Shown: positions 29,297 through 40,714 of the stretch, one piece after another
How positions within the stretch are numbered: position 1 is the stretch's first letter
Layout of the letters: each line of letters begins with the position of its first letter
Source: Longimicrobiales bacterium
Lineage (GTDB): Bacteria > Gemmatimonadota > Gemmatimonadetes > Longimicrobiales > Gaopeijiaceae
Reading direction: 5' to 3'
DNA length: 64,000 nucleotides
Assembly: GCA_965218295.1 (NCBI GenBank)
Contig: CBDCKN010000013.1
Location: forward strand, 553,032-617,031
Notes under the pieces: model-generated
Database searches by the model: none
What the model saw: the letters and a program-made list of their open reading frames with translations, nothing else
What the model was told of the DNA's origin: nothing
Program-made: the position numbers and the translations under genes

Positions 29297-31636
29297 ATGA
29301 CCGACATGACTCGGCCTCCCGAAGGCCCCCCCGTCTGGCCGTCCCACCGGCTGGATCTGCTGGCATTCCTGCCCATGATCCAGGTGGCCTGGAGCGACGG
29401 CGTTCTGACCCCCGACGAGCTGCTGGCCCTGTGCGAGGGGCTGGAGGATCAGGAATGGCTAGATCCTGAGGGCCTGGCGATCCTGAGGAGCTGGCTCCGT
29501 CCAGACTACCCACCGACCCCAACGGCCGTCGTAGAGCTGCGCGAGATCGTCCGGAGCTGGTGGCCCGAAGACCGGCGCGTGCCCGATTCGCTCGCGGGCC
29601 TGGGGCTCGAGCTGATCCGCGGGGCGGGGTTGACGGCGGGCCCCTGGACTGAGGATCGCGCGCCGGAGGCCCTCGCCCGGGCCGAGGAGCGCCTTGGGAT
29701 ACCTGGGCCGGAAGCCGTTCGAGAGCTGCTGGGCATCTCCGGCCCCCCCCGCAGCGAGCGCCACCGGCACGCTCCCTTTTGGATTGAGTCTCTCGGCTCG
29801 TACCTGGACGACACGCACGTCGACATACGGACCCGCGTCCTCGAGCTCATGAAATCCCCCGAGCTGGCCCTGCCGTTGGGGCTGCCTCGAGGCGAGTACC
29901 GGGAGCGGGTGCTCGAGGCGCTCCAGATACTGGCGCGGGAGGGCCTAGGCAGCCTCGAGTACCCGGAGGCCTACGGCGGCCGAGACGACCCGAGCGCGGC
30001 CATCGCGGTCTTCGAGACTCTGGCCTACGGAGACCTGAGTGTGCTGGTCAAGTTCGGGGTACAGTTTGGGCTCTGGGGTGGAAGCATCCTCCAGCTCGGC
30101 ACCGCGTACCATCACGAGGCCTACCTCGCCAGGATAGCCTCCCTGGAGCTTCCGGGCTGTTACGGGATGACAGAAACGGGGCACGGCTCCAACGTTCGGG
30201 ATCTCGAGACGGTCGCCCGCTACGACGCGGAACCCGGAGAGTTCGTCGTTCATACCCCCTCGCCGGACGCAAGAAAGGACTGGATCGGAAACGCGGCCCT
30301 CCACGGCCGCATGGCCACGGTCTTCGCCCAGTTGGAAGTGGGCGGCACGCGCCACGGAGTCCACGCGTTCGTGGTCCCCATCCGGGACGATGACGGCCAA
30401 CCTCTTCCCGGAGTGACCATCACCGATCGGGGCGACAAGGTGGGCCTGAACGGGGTCGACAACGGGACCCTGTCCTTCCACGACGTTCGGATCCCCAGGG
30501 GGAACCTCCTCAACCGCTTCGGCGAGGTGACCCCCGAAGGCGTCTACTCGAGCCCGATCCCGAGCTCCGGTCGCCGCTTCTTCACCATGCTGGGCACGCT
30601 CGTGGCCGGCCGGGTGAGCGTGGCGGCCGCGTCCGTGAGCGCCGCCAAGACCGCCCTAACTGTGGCGATACGTTACGGCGATGGACGCCGGCAGTTCGGG
30701 CCGTTCGGCTCGGAGGAGGCCCCAGTCCTCGACTACCGGGTCCACCAACGCCTCCTGTTGCCCCGGCTCGCCACCACGTACGGACTACACTTCGCGGTCC
30801 GGGACCTCATCAGGCGTTACACGGGAGCGCCCGACGGGGCGGTGGAGGTCGACGCCGCCGGTCTCAAGGCCTACGCATCCACCTCCGCGGTGGCGACGAT
30901 CCAGGCCTGCAGGGAGGCCTGTGGCGGCCAAGGGTATCTGGCGGCCAATCGCCTGGGTATCCTGCGGAACGATGTCGACGCCTTCACCACGTTCGAGGGC
31001 GCCAACCCCGTGCTGCTTCAACTTGTCGCGAAGGGGCTGTTGTCGGGTTATGGGGACGAGTTGGGAGACCTGAGACTCTGGGGGATGCTTCGACACGTAG
31101 CCGAGCGGGCAGGAGTGCGTTTGACCGAGATGAACCCCGTCGTCACTCGGAGAACCGACGAGGATCACCTCCGGGACCCCGAATTCCACGTGGCGGCCTT
31201 CCGATACAGGGAGGATCGCCTATTGGCCTCCGCGGCCAGGCGTCTCAGGGATCTCCTGGAAGACGGTGTGAACTCCTTCGACGCCATGAACCGCACGCAG
31301 GATCACCTCGTTACCCTGGCCCGCTCCCACGTCGAGCGCCTCGTCCTGGAACGCTTCCGGCACGCTGTCGTGCGTGCTCCGACTCCCGGGCTCTCGGAGG
31401 CCTTGGATGGTCTGGCCACGCTCTATGCCCTGGCCACCATGGAGACGAACCGGGCCTGGTACCTCGAGAGCGGCTATATGGAGCCGGCCAAGACACGTGC
31501 CATCCGATGGCTCGTGAACGAGCTCTGCTCCGAGATCAGGGAGCAAGCCGTGTTCCTCGTGGACGGATTCGGGATTCCGGACGAGGTGCTACGAGCGCCC
31601 ATCGCGCCCGAAAGCGGGGACTCCACACGAGTCTGA
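29297..31636 (+). CDS. Acyl-CoA oxidase/dehydrogenase with N-terminal TerB-like domain
   Basis: MTETGHGSNV, KDWIGN, GLNGVDNG, CREACGGQGY and TFEGAN; N-terminal VAWSDGVLTPDE. Confidence 0.88.
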   Translation: MTDMTRPPEGPPVWPSHRLDLLAFLPMIQVAWSDGVLTPDELLALCEGLEDQEWLDPEGLAILRSWLRPDYPPTPTAVVELREIVRSWWPEDRRVPDSLAGLGLELIRGAGLTAGPWTEDRAPEALARAEERLGIPGPEAVRELLGISGPPRSERHRHAPFWIESLGSYLDDTHVDIRTRVLELMKSPELALPLGLPRGEYRERVLEALQILAREGLGSLEYPEAYGGRDDPSAAIAVFETLAYGDLSVLVKFGVQFGLWGGSILQLGTAYHHEAYLARIASLELPGCYGMTETGHGSNVRDLETVARYDAEPGEFVVHTPSPDARKDWIGNAALHGRMATVFAQLEVGGTRHGVHAFVVPIRDDDGQPLPGVTITDRGDKVGLNGVDNGTLSFHDVRIPRGNLLNRFGEVTPEGVYSSPIPSSGRRFFTMLGTLVAGRVSVAAASVSAAKTALTVAIRYGDGRRQFGPFGSEEAPVLDYRVHQRLLLPRLATTYGLHFAVRDLIRRYTGAPDGAVEVDAAGLKAYASTSAVATIQACREACGGQGYLAANRLGILRNDVDAFTTFEGANPVLLQLVAKGLLSGYGDELGDLRLWGMLRHVAERAGVRLTEMNPVVTRRTDEDHLRDPEFHVAAFRYREDRLLASAARRLRDLLEDGVNSFDAMNRTQDHLVTLARSHVERLVLERFRHAVVRAPTPGLSEALDGLATLYALATMETNRAWYLESGYMEPAKTRAIRWLVNELCSEIREQAVFLVDGFGIPDEVLRAPIAPESGDSTRV

Positions 31637-31776
31637 GGGCCCCAGAAGCACTGATTGCACAGCGTTTTCGACCCCGGTACCTCGACGCCCCAGGGAAGGA
31701 AACACTTGTTTCCTGAAAACCGGCCCCGCATCTTACAAGGGTTCAAGACATCTAGACTCCCCCGAGGAAGGGACAT

Positions 31777-32795
31777 ATGGCTCGCAAGATCGTGTCCGCC
31801 TGCGCGGTAGTGGCTAGCCTGTTGGCGGTGACTCCCGCTCTGGCCCAGACGCCGGTGTGGTCGGCAGACCGCCCGGACGCGCACGCCCCGGTTGGGGTCA
31901 TGGCCGACTACACCCTGGAGAAGGGCGACGTCTATATCGGCTATCGGTATTACCGAGAGGACTTCGAGGGGACGCTCGTCGGCACGACGCCGTTCTTCTC
32001 GGACGATGTCCTGGACTTCTTCTCCGTGGCTCCCCTGTCCCTCGACAGCGAGAGGCATGAGTTGGAGCTGCGCTGGGGACTCTCCGACAACTTCACGGTC
32101 TCCGTGTCGATGCCGTTCGTAATCAACAACATGTTGAGCCTCACGGAAGACGACGAGTTCTTCCAGACCACGGCGAACAACATCGGTGACCTGAGCGTCC
32201 GCTTTCTCATCGACCTGTTCGAGATCGACCAGTACAGGATGCACGTCCTGTTGGGGGCCACCGCTCCCACCGGTGAGAATCTGTCCGGGACCAGACGCCC
32301 TCCTCGGGGACCGGCGAGGACGTGCTGCCCTTCCCCATGCAGACCGGCACCGGCCACCCGGACATCCTGGGAGGCCTGACGTTCATTACCCAGAACGAGG
32401 TGGCCAGCGTCGGTGCACAGGCCAACATCGCCATCCGCGCCGTCGACAATGACCGCGACTACCGCCTCGGCGACCGGTTCGAGTTCACGGCTTGGGGTGC
32501 ATACAACTTCAATGATTGGCTGAGCCTATCGGCCCGGGTCCTCTACGAGACCGTTGGAGAGACCGAGGGCGTCGAGCCGCTCACCGACGGGGTCGAGGAT
32601 CCGAGTGCGAACCCGTTCGCCCAGGGAGGCGAGCGCGTGTACATCCCGTTCGGCGTCAACCTCTACTTCCGCGATGGCTTGGTGAAGGGCCACCGGATCG
32701 CCTTCGAGTGGTATTACCCGGTCCATGAGGATCTGAACGGACCTCAGCTGTCGGCCGATCAGACATTAGTCACTTCCTGGCAGATCGTGTTCTAG
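31777..32795 (+). CDS. Putative outer-membrane beta-barrel transporter, frameshift near 32285
   Basis: Signal peptide, RPDAHAPVGVM, LPFPMQTGTG, NGPQL and C-terminal Phe. Confidence 0.7.
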
Positions 32796-34066
32796 ACCAC
32801 GCGTACCATGTGGTAGGCCTTCTTCCCTTTCCTCAGAACCAGAAAGCGGCCCTCCACCGCGTCTTCGAGCCGGACTTTGGCTTCCACGTCCTGAACCCGG
32901 ACGTTGTTCACATAGATACCGCCTCCCTCGATGGAGCGACGAGCATCACCCCGTGAGCTCGCCACCCCGGCCGACGCCAGCAGGTCGAGGATCCCTTTCC
33001 CCTCCCCTTCCAACTCCGCCCGCGGTATCTCGCTGGAGGGTACCTCGGCGAATATGTCGGCAATCTCGTCTGCCCCCAGGCCCGAGAGCTCGCCCCCGAA
33101 GAGGACGGCCGTCGCCGCTCGGGCGCCGGCCAGGCCCGTCTCGCCGTGGACACTCCTCGTGACCTCCTCCGCCAGCCTCCGATGGGCCGCCCTCTCGTGC
33201 GGGCGCTCGGCCAACTCCGCCTCTTCGACCGCTATCTCGTTGGCGTCCCGCAGCGTGAAGTACTTGAGGTATCGGACGACGTCGCCGTCAGCGACGTTCA
33301 TCCAGAACTGGTAGAACCGATAGGGAGAGGTGAGCGTGGGGTCGAGCCAGACGGACCCCGCCTCGGTCTTGCCGAACTTGCGGCCCCCGGCCCCGGTCAC
33401 CAGCGGGTAGGTGAGGCCGTGGGCCTTCTCGCCCCTCATCCTCCTGACCAGGTCGATTCCCGCCGTGATGTTCCCCCACTGGTCCCTGCCGCCCATCTGG
33501 AAGGTGCACCCATAGTGTTCGTTGAGTGCCACGAAGTCGTAGGCTTGCAAGAGCGCGTAGCTGAACTCCGTGTAGGAGATCCCCACGTCCTCGTCCTCCA
33601 GCCGACGCCGTACCGACTCCTTCTTCAAGAGAGCGTTCACCGAGAAGTGCTTTCCCACGTCCCGAAGGAAGTCGACCATTGCGATGTCGCCAAGCCACTC
33701 CAGGTTGTCCACCGTGCGGGCCGGGTTGATGGCGCACTCGAAGTCGAGAAAGTGCTCGAGCTGAACCTGCATGGACGCCAAGTTCTCGGCGGCCTCTTCC
33801 TTGGTGAGAAGCTGCCGCTCTTCGATCTTCCCGGACGGATCCCCGATGAGCCCGGTGCCCCCACCCACGAGCACGATGGGGTGGTGCCCCATACGCTGGA
33901 GGTGTACGAGACCCATGATGGGCATGAGGGAGCCCACGTGGAGACTCGGCGCCGTGGGATCGAAGCCGATGTATCCGGTCACGGACCCCTCTTGAAGGGC
34001 CGCGCCGGCCCCTTCGGTGGCGTCCTGCAACATCCCGCGCCAGCGGTATTCTTCCAGTAGGTTCAT
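32792..34066 (-). CDS. tyrS: Tyrosine--tRNA ligase
   Basis: GFDPTAPSLHVGS, LQAYDF, DQWGNI, KFGKT and C-terminal S4 domain. Confidence 0.97.
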   Translation of the reverse strand: MNLLEEYRWRGMLQDATEGAGAALQEGSVTGYIGFDPTAPSLHVGSLMPIMGLVHLQRMGHHPIVLVGGGTGLIGDPSGKIEERQLLTKEEAAENLASMQVQLEHFLDFECAINPARTVDNLEWLGDIAMVDFLRDVGKHFSVNALLKKESVRRRLEDEDVGISYTEFSYALLQAYDFVALNEHYGCTFQMGGRDQWGNITAGIDLVRRMRGEKAHGLTYPLVTGAGGRKFGKTEAGSVWLDPTLTSPYRFYQFWMNVADGDVVRYLKYFTLRDANEIAVEEAELAERPHERAAHRRLAEEVTRSVHGETGLAGARAATAVLFGGELSGLGADEIADIFAEVPSSEIPRAELEGEGKGILDLLASAGVASSRGDARRSIEGGGIYVNNVRVQDVEAKVRLEDAVEGRFLVLRKGKKAYHMVRVV

Positions 34067-34166
34067 TTCGCTCGGCTCAGTTTCGTCGTCCTGATTCGGA
34101 AGCCGAAAGATAGTCGCGGTCCGATCGGACGCGAGGCAAATTTCAGCCACCGGTGAGCCAGGCGAC

Positions 34167-35573
34167 TTAGAGAGGGCCGATTCCGACCAGACGGGCCCGT
34201 ACCTCCGCCCGGTCAATCTTGCCGTTGGCGTTCCTGGGAAGCTCTTCGGCGACGGCGAGCCGTCTGGGCACCTCGGCACCTGAGACCCGCTCCCGCACGG
34301 CGGACTCCAGCGCTTCTATGTCCAGCACCCCGGATTCAGGGACGACTAGGGCCCCCACCACCTCACCCCAGGTGTCGTCGGAAATACCGACCACGGCGAC
34401 GGCGGCTACACCCGGAAAGTCCAGAATCACCTCCTCGACCGACTTGGGATCGATGTTGACCCCGCCGGATATGATGCGTTCGTCCATGCGTCCGGTGATC
34501 CACAGGTGTCCTTCCTCATCGAGGGTGCCGAAGTCTCCGGTGGCCAGCCATCCGTCTTCGTCGACGACGGACGGAGCCACTGTCGGCCCACGTATCCAGA
34601 TCTCTCCGCTCTCCAGCAACCGGAGCTCGACCCCGTCGATGGGAGAGCCGACCGTGCCCGGCTTTTCCGCCACGAGCTCGGGAGGCGCGGTGGCGACCTG
34701 CGAGCAGGCCTCGGTCAGACCGTATGAAAGGGCCAGGGGGTATCCCCGGCCGAGAGCCTCCTCCACCAACCGCTCTCCGGCTGCCGCTCCACCGATGAGC
34801 AGGCAGCGAAGGCTGGATGGAACGGGCGCGCCGCCACGAGCATCGAGGAGCTGGTGGAGCATGGTCGGAACGAGTGACGCGTGCGTGACCTCTCCGAAGT
34901 CGATGAGCTCCGCCAGGGTCCTCGGGGAGTACGGCCCCCGAACGAGGAGGCACGATCCCGAGTGAGCCACCCTGTGGACCAGGGCCAGCCCGCCGATATG
35001 GGCCAGAGAGAGCGACGCATACCAGCGATCATCCGGTCCCAGGTCCAGACGGGCCGACACTGCCCGCGCGCTGGCGTCCAGGGCATCCATGGTCACCGGC
35101 ACGACTTCGGGCTCGCCGGACGTTCCGGATGTCCAGAGGAGGGCGAAGGGCCGGGGTGCCCCCGCCTCTTCCCCCACACCGCCGTGGCCCGGGGGCGGCT
35201 TGGGCAGGTCGTCCACGGTCGTGAACCAGTCCGGGTCCAGTCCCAGCCCGCGCACGTCAGCATCAGTGCTCAACAAGAGGTCGGGCCCGACCGCATCCAG
35301 GACCCGCTCCATCGCCTCCGATCCCAGTCGGGGGTTCACAACGGCCAGCGTGGCTCCGGTGCGAGGAACCGCGAAAAGGGCCTGGACCGAGAGGGCGCTC
35401 TGGTGAGAGACCAGGGCCACGGTGGCTCCGGAGCCCGAGCCGAAGGGCGCCAGGCGGCGGGCCATCCGCGCCACGGCGGCATCGAGCTGGGCGTAAGTCC
35501 AGACCTGAGCCCCGTCATCCAGGGCCGGAGCGTCGGGCCGGCTCCCGGCGGCAGCGTGGACAGGATCGCTCAT
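34167..35573 (-). CDS. menE: o-Succinylbenzoate--CoA ligase
   Basis: WTSGTSG, SYGLTEACSQV, TGDFG and ANGKIDR; men cluster context. Confidence 0.85.
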   Translation of the reverse strand: MSDPVHAAAGSRPDAPALDDGAQVWTYAQLDAAVARMARRLAPFGSGSGATVALVSHQSALSVQALFAVPRTGATLAVVNPRLGSEAMERVLDAVGPDLLLSTDADVRGLGLDPDWFTTVDDLPKPPPGHGGVGEEAGAPRPFALLWTSGTSGEPEVVPVTMDALDASARAVSARLDLGPDDRWYASLSLAHIGGLALVHRVAHSGSCLLVRGPYSPRTLAELIDFGEVTHASLVPTMLHQLLDARGGAPVPSSLRCLLIGGAAAGERLVEEALGRGYPLALSYGLTEACSQVATAPPELVAEKPGTVGSPIDGVELRLLESGEIWIRGPTVAPSVVDEDGWLATGDFGTLDEEGHLWITGRMDERIISGGVNIDPKSVEEVILDFPGVAAVAVVGISDDTWGEVVGALVVPESGVLDIEALESAVRERVSGAEVPRRLAVAEELPRNANGKIDRAEVRARLVGIGPL

Positions 35574-36463
35574 CCGAAGGCCAAGCCCACGCTGAGCAGC
35601 ACGCCGTAGAGCGCCACCACCCGCGCAGTTCCCGGTAATGCAGGGACCAACTCCCGGGCGTCGTCCTTCGTCATGACTAGGGTCACCGGAGTGATCGATG
35701 CAATGCCGGCGCCGAGGGCGACGAGGGCAGTCCCGGGCCACCCGTAAAGCGCCACGCCCAGAACCGGCACCGCGAATCCCACGCCCATCAGCAGGACGTA
35801 TTCGATCCTGCTACCGAGCCGGCCGAGGCGGACCGCGAGGGTGCGCTTCCCGGCCGCCGCGTCGGTGTCGAGGTCCCTCACGTTGTTGGCCACCAATATG
35901 GCCGTGTTCAGGGCGCCTATCCCAACGCCGGCCACGAGTGCGTCTCCCGGAAGCGCCAGAGCCTGGACCCAGTACGTCCCACCCACCGCCACCAGGCCGA
36001 AGAAGACGAACACGAAGGGATCGCCGAGCCCATGGTAGGCCAGTGGGTAGGGACCTCCCGTGTAGGTCACGGCACAGAAAAGCGAAGCCAACCCGATCCA
36101 CACGATGGGCCATCCGCCCACCGAGACGAGATAGACTCCTACGAGAAGCGCCACGAAAAGCGTGATGACCATTCTCCACCACACCTGCTTGGGTGGGATC
36201 AGGCCGGCCTGGGTCACCCTGAGGGGACCCACGCGGTCGTCCGTGTCACCCCCCCGGAGGAAGTCGTAGTAGTCATTGGCGAGATTCGTCCCGATCTGGA
36301 TGAGGAGCGCGCCCACGAGGGCCGCCGCCGCCGGCGCGGCGCGGTAAGTGCTGTGGGCGCCCGCGAGGCCCGCCCCTACGAGCACCGGAGCCGCCGCGGC
36401 CGACAAAGTCTTCGGGCGTGCGGCCAGAATCCAGGCGCGGGTGCGGGAGATGGGTTCTACCAC
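35570..36463 (-). CDS. menA: DHNA polyprenyltransferase
   Basis: [15 protein letters not shown] and [18 protein letters not shown]. Confidence 0.93.
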   Translation of the reverse strand: MVEPISRTRAWILAARPKTLSAAAAPVLVGAGLAGAHSTYRAAPAAAALVGALLIQIGTNLANDYYDFLRGGDTDDRVGPLRVTQAGLIPPKQVWWRMVITLFVALLVGVYLVSVGGWPIVWIGLASLFCAVTYTGGPYPLAYHGLGDPFVFVFFGLVAVGGTYWVQALALPGDALVAGVGIGALNTAILVANNVRDLDTDAAAGKRTLAVRLGRLGSRIEYVLLMGVGFAVPVLGVALYGWPGTALVALGAGIASITPVTLVMTKDDARELVPALPGTARVVALYGVLLSVGLAFG

Positions 36464-37296
36464 GGCAGCCACGGAAACTGCCGGAAGTTCGCCTTGCGTT
36501 TCTCGAGGAACGCGCTCTTCGCCTCCTTCGCCTCTTCCGTCATGTAGTAGAGGAGGGTGGCGTTCCCGGCGAGCTCCTGGATTCCCGCCTGGCCATCGAC
36601 ATCCGCGTTGAATGAGGACTTGAGAAGCCTGATGGCCAGGGGGCTCTTGTCGAGAATCTCCTGGGCCCAGCGCCAGCCCTCCATCTCCAACTCCTGGACG
36701 GGCACAACCTTGTTCACCATGCCCATCTCGAGCGCCTCCTGTGCGCTGTACTGGCGGCACAGATACCAGATCTCCCGAGCCTTCTTCTGACCCACCATCC
36801 GGGCAAGGAACGACGCCCCGAAGCCGCCGTCGAAGCTTCCGACCTTGGGGCCGGTCTGACCGAATACGGCGTTGTCGGCCGCGAGCGTGAGATCACATAC
36901 GATGTGGAGCACGTGGCCGCCGCCGAGGGCGTATCCTGCCACGAGGCAGATCACAGGCTTCGGCATGCTGCGGATATAGCGCTGCAGCTCGAGAACGTTG
37001 AGCCGGGGCACCCCGTCTTCTCCCACGTAGCCCGCGTCCCCTCGGACCTTCTGATCTCCCCCCGAGCAGAAGGCGTAGACCCCGTCCTCCGCCGGGCCTT
37101 CTCCGGTTAAGAGCACCACACCGATGCGTGTGTCCTCGCCCGCGTTCTTGAAGGCTTCCTGCAGCTCCAAAATGGTCCCGGGCCGGAAGGCGTTACGGAT
37201 GTGGGGTCGGTTGATGGCGATGCGGGCCACCCCGTCGGCCTTCTTGTAGGTGATGTCTTCGTACTCCTTGACCACCTCCCACTGCGGCTCACTCAT
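36457..37296 (-). CDS. menB: 1,4-dihydroxy-2-naphthoyl-CoA synthase
   Basis: [25 protein letters not shown] and KAREIWYLC. Confidence 0.97.
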   Translation of the reverse strand: MSEPQWEVVKEYEDITYKKADGVARIAINRPHIRNAFRPGTILELQEAFKNAGEDTRIGVVLLTGEGPAEDGVYAFCSGGDQKVRGDAGYVGEDGVPRLNVLELQRYIRSMPKPVICLVAGYALGGGHVLHIVCDLTLAADNAVFGQTGPKVGSFDGGFGASFLARMVGQKKAREIWYLCRQYSAQEALEMGMVNKVVPVQELEMEGWRWAQEILDKSPLAIRLLKSSFNADVDGQAGIQELAGNATLLYYMTEEAKEAKSAFLEKRKANFRQFPWLPW

Positions 37297-37353
37297 CTAC
37301 GGGCATCCTAGGTCTCGAGTCATTGCCGTCGTCATGTGTCGATCGAGCGCAGG

Positions 37354-39165
37354 TCACGCCACCTCGATCTCGCGTCGGACCGCCTCGACCACCGCCTCGA
37401 TCACCTCCCGATGCCGACACTGATTCTCGTCGCGGTCCGTTCGAATCTCCAGAATCTGGGGTCCCGGCTCAAGCAGGGCCTCACGAAGAGCCTCCGAGGT
37501 GCGGGTCGGGTCGTCCAGGCGACGGTACGAAATCCCGTACAGATCCGCGGCGTGGCGAAAGTCGAGCCCATGCGGCGTCGCAAAATAGCGAGTGAACTCG
37601 GGCTCGTGCTCCCGGATGGGGAGCATGTGGAAGATGCCTCCCCCGTCGTTGTTGATCACCACGAAGAGCACGTTCAGCCGATTCTCTCTGACCGCGAACA
37701 GTCCATTCATGTCGTGGTAGAAGGCCAGATCTCCGAGCACAGCCACCATGGGCGGCTCATTCCGGTCTGACGAATCTCCGACTCGTGAAGAAGTGGCTGC
37801 CGCGACTCCCGCCACCGTGGAGACGATTCCGTCGATCCCGCTGGCACCTCGATTCCCGAAAATGCGAAGACGCTTCGGCCCTGCCCCTCCGAACGCGTCC
37901 AGATCCCTCACCGGCATGGAGTTGGAGACGAAGAGGGTACCCCCCTCCGGGAGGGTCTCCACCACGGCCGAGAGGACGTCTCCCTCGAAGAAGTCGCCAC
38001 CAACCCTCTGCACCGCCTCGCGAGCGGCTCGGTCGAGGCGCTTCCACACCCCGCTCCATCCGGCCGGCGCGACGGTTTGGGACACGCCGGTCGCCACCTC
38101 GGCGAGTAGCGCCACCACGTCGGCCTGTACGTAGCGGGACCCGGGAGACAAGGAGTCCTTTTGCGGGTGCCCTGCCCCGATCACGATCGAGGGCACGCTT
38201 CCACACTCCTCCAGGAAGGTGAGGACCCCGGCCGACGTGGGAGGCCGCCCGACTCGGAGGATGAGGTCGGGCCGAAGCCGGCCCCGCGCCGCGGGGTCCC
38301 GGAGGAAGAGGTCCGATGTCACGATCGCAGGTGACCCACAGTCGTGTCCGAAGCGTGCCCCGGAGAGAGGGTCCGCGAGAAGGGGGAAGCCGGTGGCTGC
38401 GGAAAGACGGATCAGGGCAGGCCCAACGCGGTCGGGATCGGCAACGGGGCCGGCCACGATGAGCCCCCTCTCGCCGCCTCGAAGAAAGCTGACGAGCGCC
38501 TCCACCTCCCCGGCCCGGAGAGTGCCGTCGGAGCTCGGGAGGGCCTCCATGGGAGCCCCGTCGGGTCGGCCGTCTAAGCCCCATGGATCCGCCTCCCGTA
38601 GGCTTCCCACTCTCGCCGGATCCATCTCGACGGGCTCCAACGGCTTGTCGAACGGGAGGTTCACGTGGACCGGCCCAGGATCGGGCCCCAGGGTCCGGGC
38701 CACGGCCTTGCAGGCCAGAGCCCTCGTTTCCCGCAGGTTATCGAGGGCCGGGTCACCGGCGTCGAGGCTCTCCCTCGGATACGACCCGTAGATGCCCTCC
38801 TGATCGATGGTCTGGTTGGCGTCGGAGCCACGAAGGCGGAGGGGTCGATCCGCCGTAAGGACCAACAGAGGCACGCCACTCCGGGACGCCTCGATGACGG
38901 CTGGAAAGAGGTTGGCCGTGGCGGTACCCGACGTGGTGATCACGGCTGCGGGGTTGCGCGTGGCCTTCCCGATGCCGAGCGCGAAGAAGCCCGCCGATCG
39001 CTCGTCCAGGTGGACCCAGGTGGTGAAGCGGGCGTCCATGGCGCACGCCATCACCAGTGGCGTGGGGCGGGAGCCCGGAGCCACGCACACGTGCTCGAGG
39101 CCGACCCGAGCCAGCTCATCCATGAAAGCTCTTGCCCAGGCGGTCGTGACCGCCGGATCGCTCAT
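37354..39165 (-). CDS. menD: SEPHCHC synthase
   Basis: DERSAGFFALG, TADRP, NRGASGIDG and GDLAFYHD..NNDGGGIF. Confidence 0.95.
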   Translation of the reverse strand: MSDPAVTTAWARAFMDELARVGLEHVCVAPGSRPTPLVMACAMDARFTTWVHLDERSAGFFALGIGKATRNPAAVITTSGTATANLFPAVIEASRSGVPLLVLTADRPLRLRGSDANQTIDQEGIYGSYPRESLDAGDPALDNLRETRALACKAVARTLGPDPGPVHVNLPFDKPLEPVEMDPARVGSLREADPWGLDGRPDGAPMEALPSSDGTLRAGEVEALVSFLRGGERGLIVAGPVADPDRVGPALIRLSAATGFPLLADPLSGARFGHDCGSPAIVTSDLFLRDPAARGRLRPDLILRVGRPPTSAGVLTFLEECGSVPSIVIGAGHPQKDSLSPGSRYVQADVVALLAEVATGVSQTVAPAGWSGVWKRLDRAAREAVQRVGGDFFEGDVLSAVVETLPEGGTLFVSNSMPVRDLDAFGGAGPKRLRIFGNRGASGIDGIVSTVAGVAAATSSRVGDSSDRNEPPMVAVLGDLAFYHDMNGLFAVRENRLNVLFVVINNDGGGIFHMLPIREHEPEFTRYFATPHGLDFRHAADLYGISYRRLDDPTRTSEALREALLEPGPQILEIRTDRDENQCRHREVIEAVVEAVRREIEVA

Positions 39166-40538
39166 TGCGCCCCGCTTGCCGCCAGGGCTCGGAGAACCGA
39201 CTCGAACTTGATGCTGGTCTCCTCCCATTCGAGGCCGGAGTCCGAGCCGGCTACGATGCCAGCTCCGGCGAACAGCCGCCACTGATGGTCGTGGGCCACT
39301 GCGCAGCGGAGCGCCGGAGCGAAGACCCCGTTGCCTTCCAGGTCGAACCAGCCCACAGGCCCCGCATACCAGCCACGCTCGAACGGTTCCTCGCGACTCA
39401 GAAACGCGAGGGCATCGTCCCGGGGAAGCCCACAGACGGCTGGCGTGGGATGAAGAGCCTCGAGCACCGTCAACACCGACGTGCCTTCCGGCACGCTCGC
39501 CCGGATTTCAGTCTCGAGATGTTGTATCCGCGCCAGCGTGAGGACGTGGGGCTCGGGCTGCGCGTGCACCTCGTGGGCCAGCGGCCCCAAGCGGGCCACC
39601 ATGTCGTCGAGGGCGATACGATGCTCGACTCCGTTCTTCTCACTCGCCAGCAGGCGCACCGCCAGGGCTTCTTGCTCCTCGAGCGTTTCGCCGCGGGCAA
39701 CCGTTCCGGCAACGGCCGTGGCGTGGAATGCACCCCGGGACATGGTCGCCACAGTCTCCGGCGCCGCTCCCACGAGCGGACACCCGTCGGCCGGCTCGAA
39801 GAGGAAGACATGGCTTCCGTGGTTCTCCTCCCAGAGGTGCTGCACTACTTCGACGGGATCCACGCGTTCTTGGGTGACGACGTCCAGGGTGCGCGCCAGC
39901 ACCACCTTGGACACCTCCCCTCCGGCGATGGCCGCCAATGCGTCGGTGACGGCGGAGTCCCACGCGCTGCGCTCCGATTCGGTTCGAGTCGTCGGGATGG
40001 TGGGAGGTGGCCCGTTCTCACTGCGCGAAACCCCTCGGAGCCTCTCGCAAATCCGTCCGGCCCGCTTCGACAGCAGGCTCAGCGCGGTATCCACCTCGCC
40101 CTCGTCGGGACCGACCACGGTCCGGACCGTCAGCCGCGGTGGTCGGCAGCCCCTACCCTCCAACTCGAACGCAGGTAGGTGGAAGAGCGCGGGGGTGAAC
40201 CCGGCCCAGAGATCGACGGTGGAGTGGTCGGAGCGGAAGGAGAAGCCGCCGTAGAACCGGCTCAAAGTTGTCCGTTCACTGCCCGTGACAGGAGCAAAGT
40301 CGAACAGAGCGCGTGCCTCGGCCTCGATGGCGGAAAAGCGGTCCGTCGAGGCATGGCCGTCTACCGAAAGCGTGGCAACGGCGCCGGAGTGGGCCACCCA
40401 GCGATCGGCCCTGGCCCAGAACCCGCGAGGCCCACCCTTCGCCTGCCGAAGGAAGAGCATGGGATCGGCACCCATGGCTTGTGCAGTCACGGTGACGAGG
40501 CGTGCCGGTGCGGCCACGACGGTATCTGCCGGGTTCAT
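39162..40538 (-). CDS. menF: Isochorismate synthase
   Basis: KVVLAR, AVAGT, LHPTPAVCG, RGWYAGPVG and AGAGIV. Confidence 0.92.
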   Translation of the reverse strand: MNPADTVVAAPARLVTVTAQAMGADPMLFLRQAKGGPRGFWARADRWVAHSGAVATLSVDGHASTDRFSAIEAEARALFDFAPVTGSERTTLSRFYGGFSFRSDHSTVDLWAGFTPALFHLPAFELEGRGCRPPRLTVRTVVGPDEGEVDTALSLLSKRAGRICERLRGVSRSENGPPPTIPTTRTESERSAWDSAVTDALAAIAGGEVSKVVLARTLDVVTQERVDPVEVVQHLWEENHGSHVFLFEPADGCPLVGAAPETVATMSRGAFHATAVAGTVARGETLEEQEALAVRLLASEKNGVEHRIALDDMVARLGPLAHEVHAQPEPHVLTLARIQHLETEIRASVPEGTSVLTVLEALHPTPAVCGLPRDDALAFLSREEPFERGWYAGPVGWFDLEGNGVFAPALRCAVAHDHQWRLFAGAGIVAGSDSGLEWEETSIKFESVLRALAASGAQ

Positions 40539-40714
40539 GGCTCCGTGGTTCGAGCGTACGTGTACCTCACGGTCCAGCAGCGGACCGTGGGGCTCAATAG
40601 TCCGGGCAGATGGCAATATACGAGAAAGGTCCGTCATACCAAGACGAACGACCTTTCTGCGGCCCACGTGCCACCGCCTCGCGTCGGCGCGGTTGGACAG
40701 GCATGTTGTGTTCC

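Noticed and set aside
33480..33500. TyrS GGRDQ in place of the usual GGSDQ
   Set aside because: A single residue difference in error-prone sequence; cannot support altered specificity
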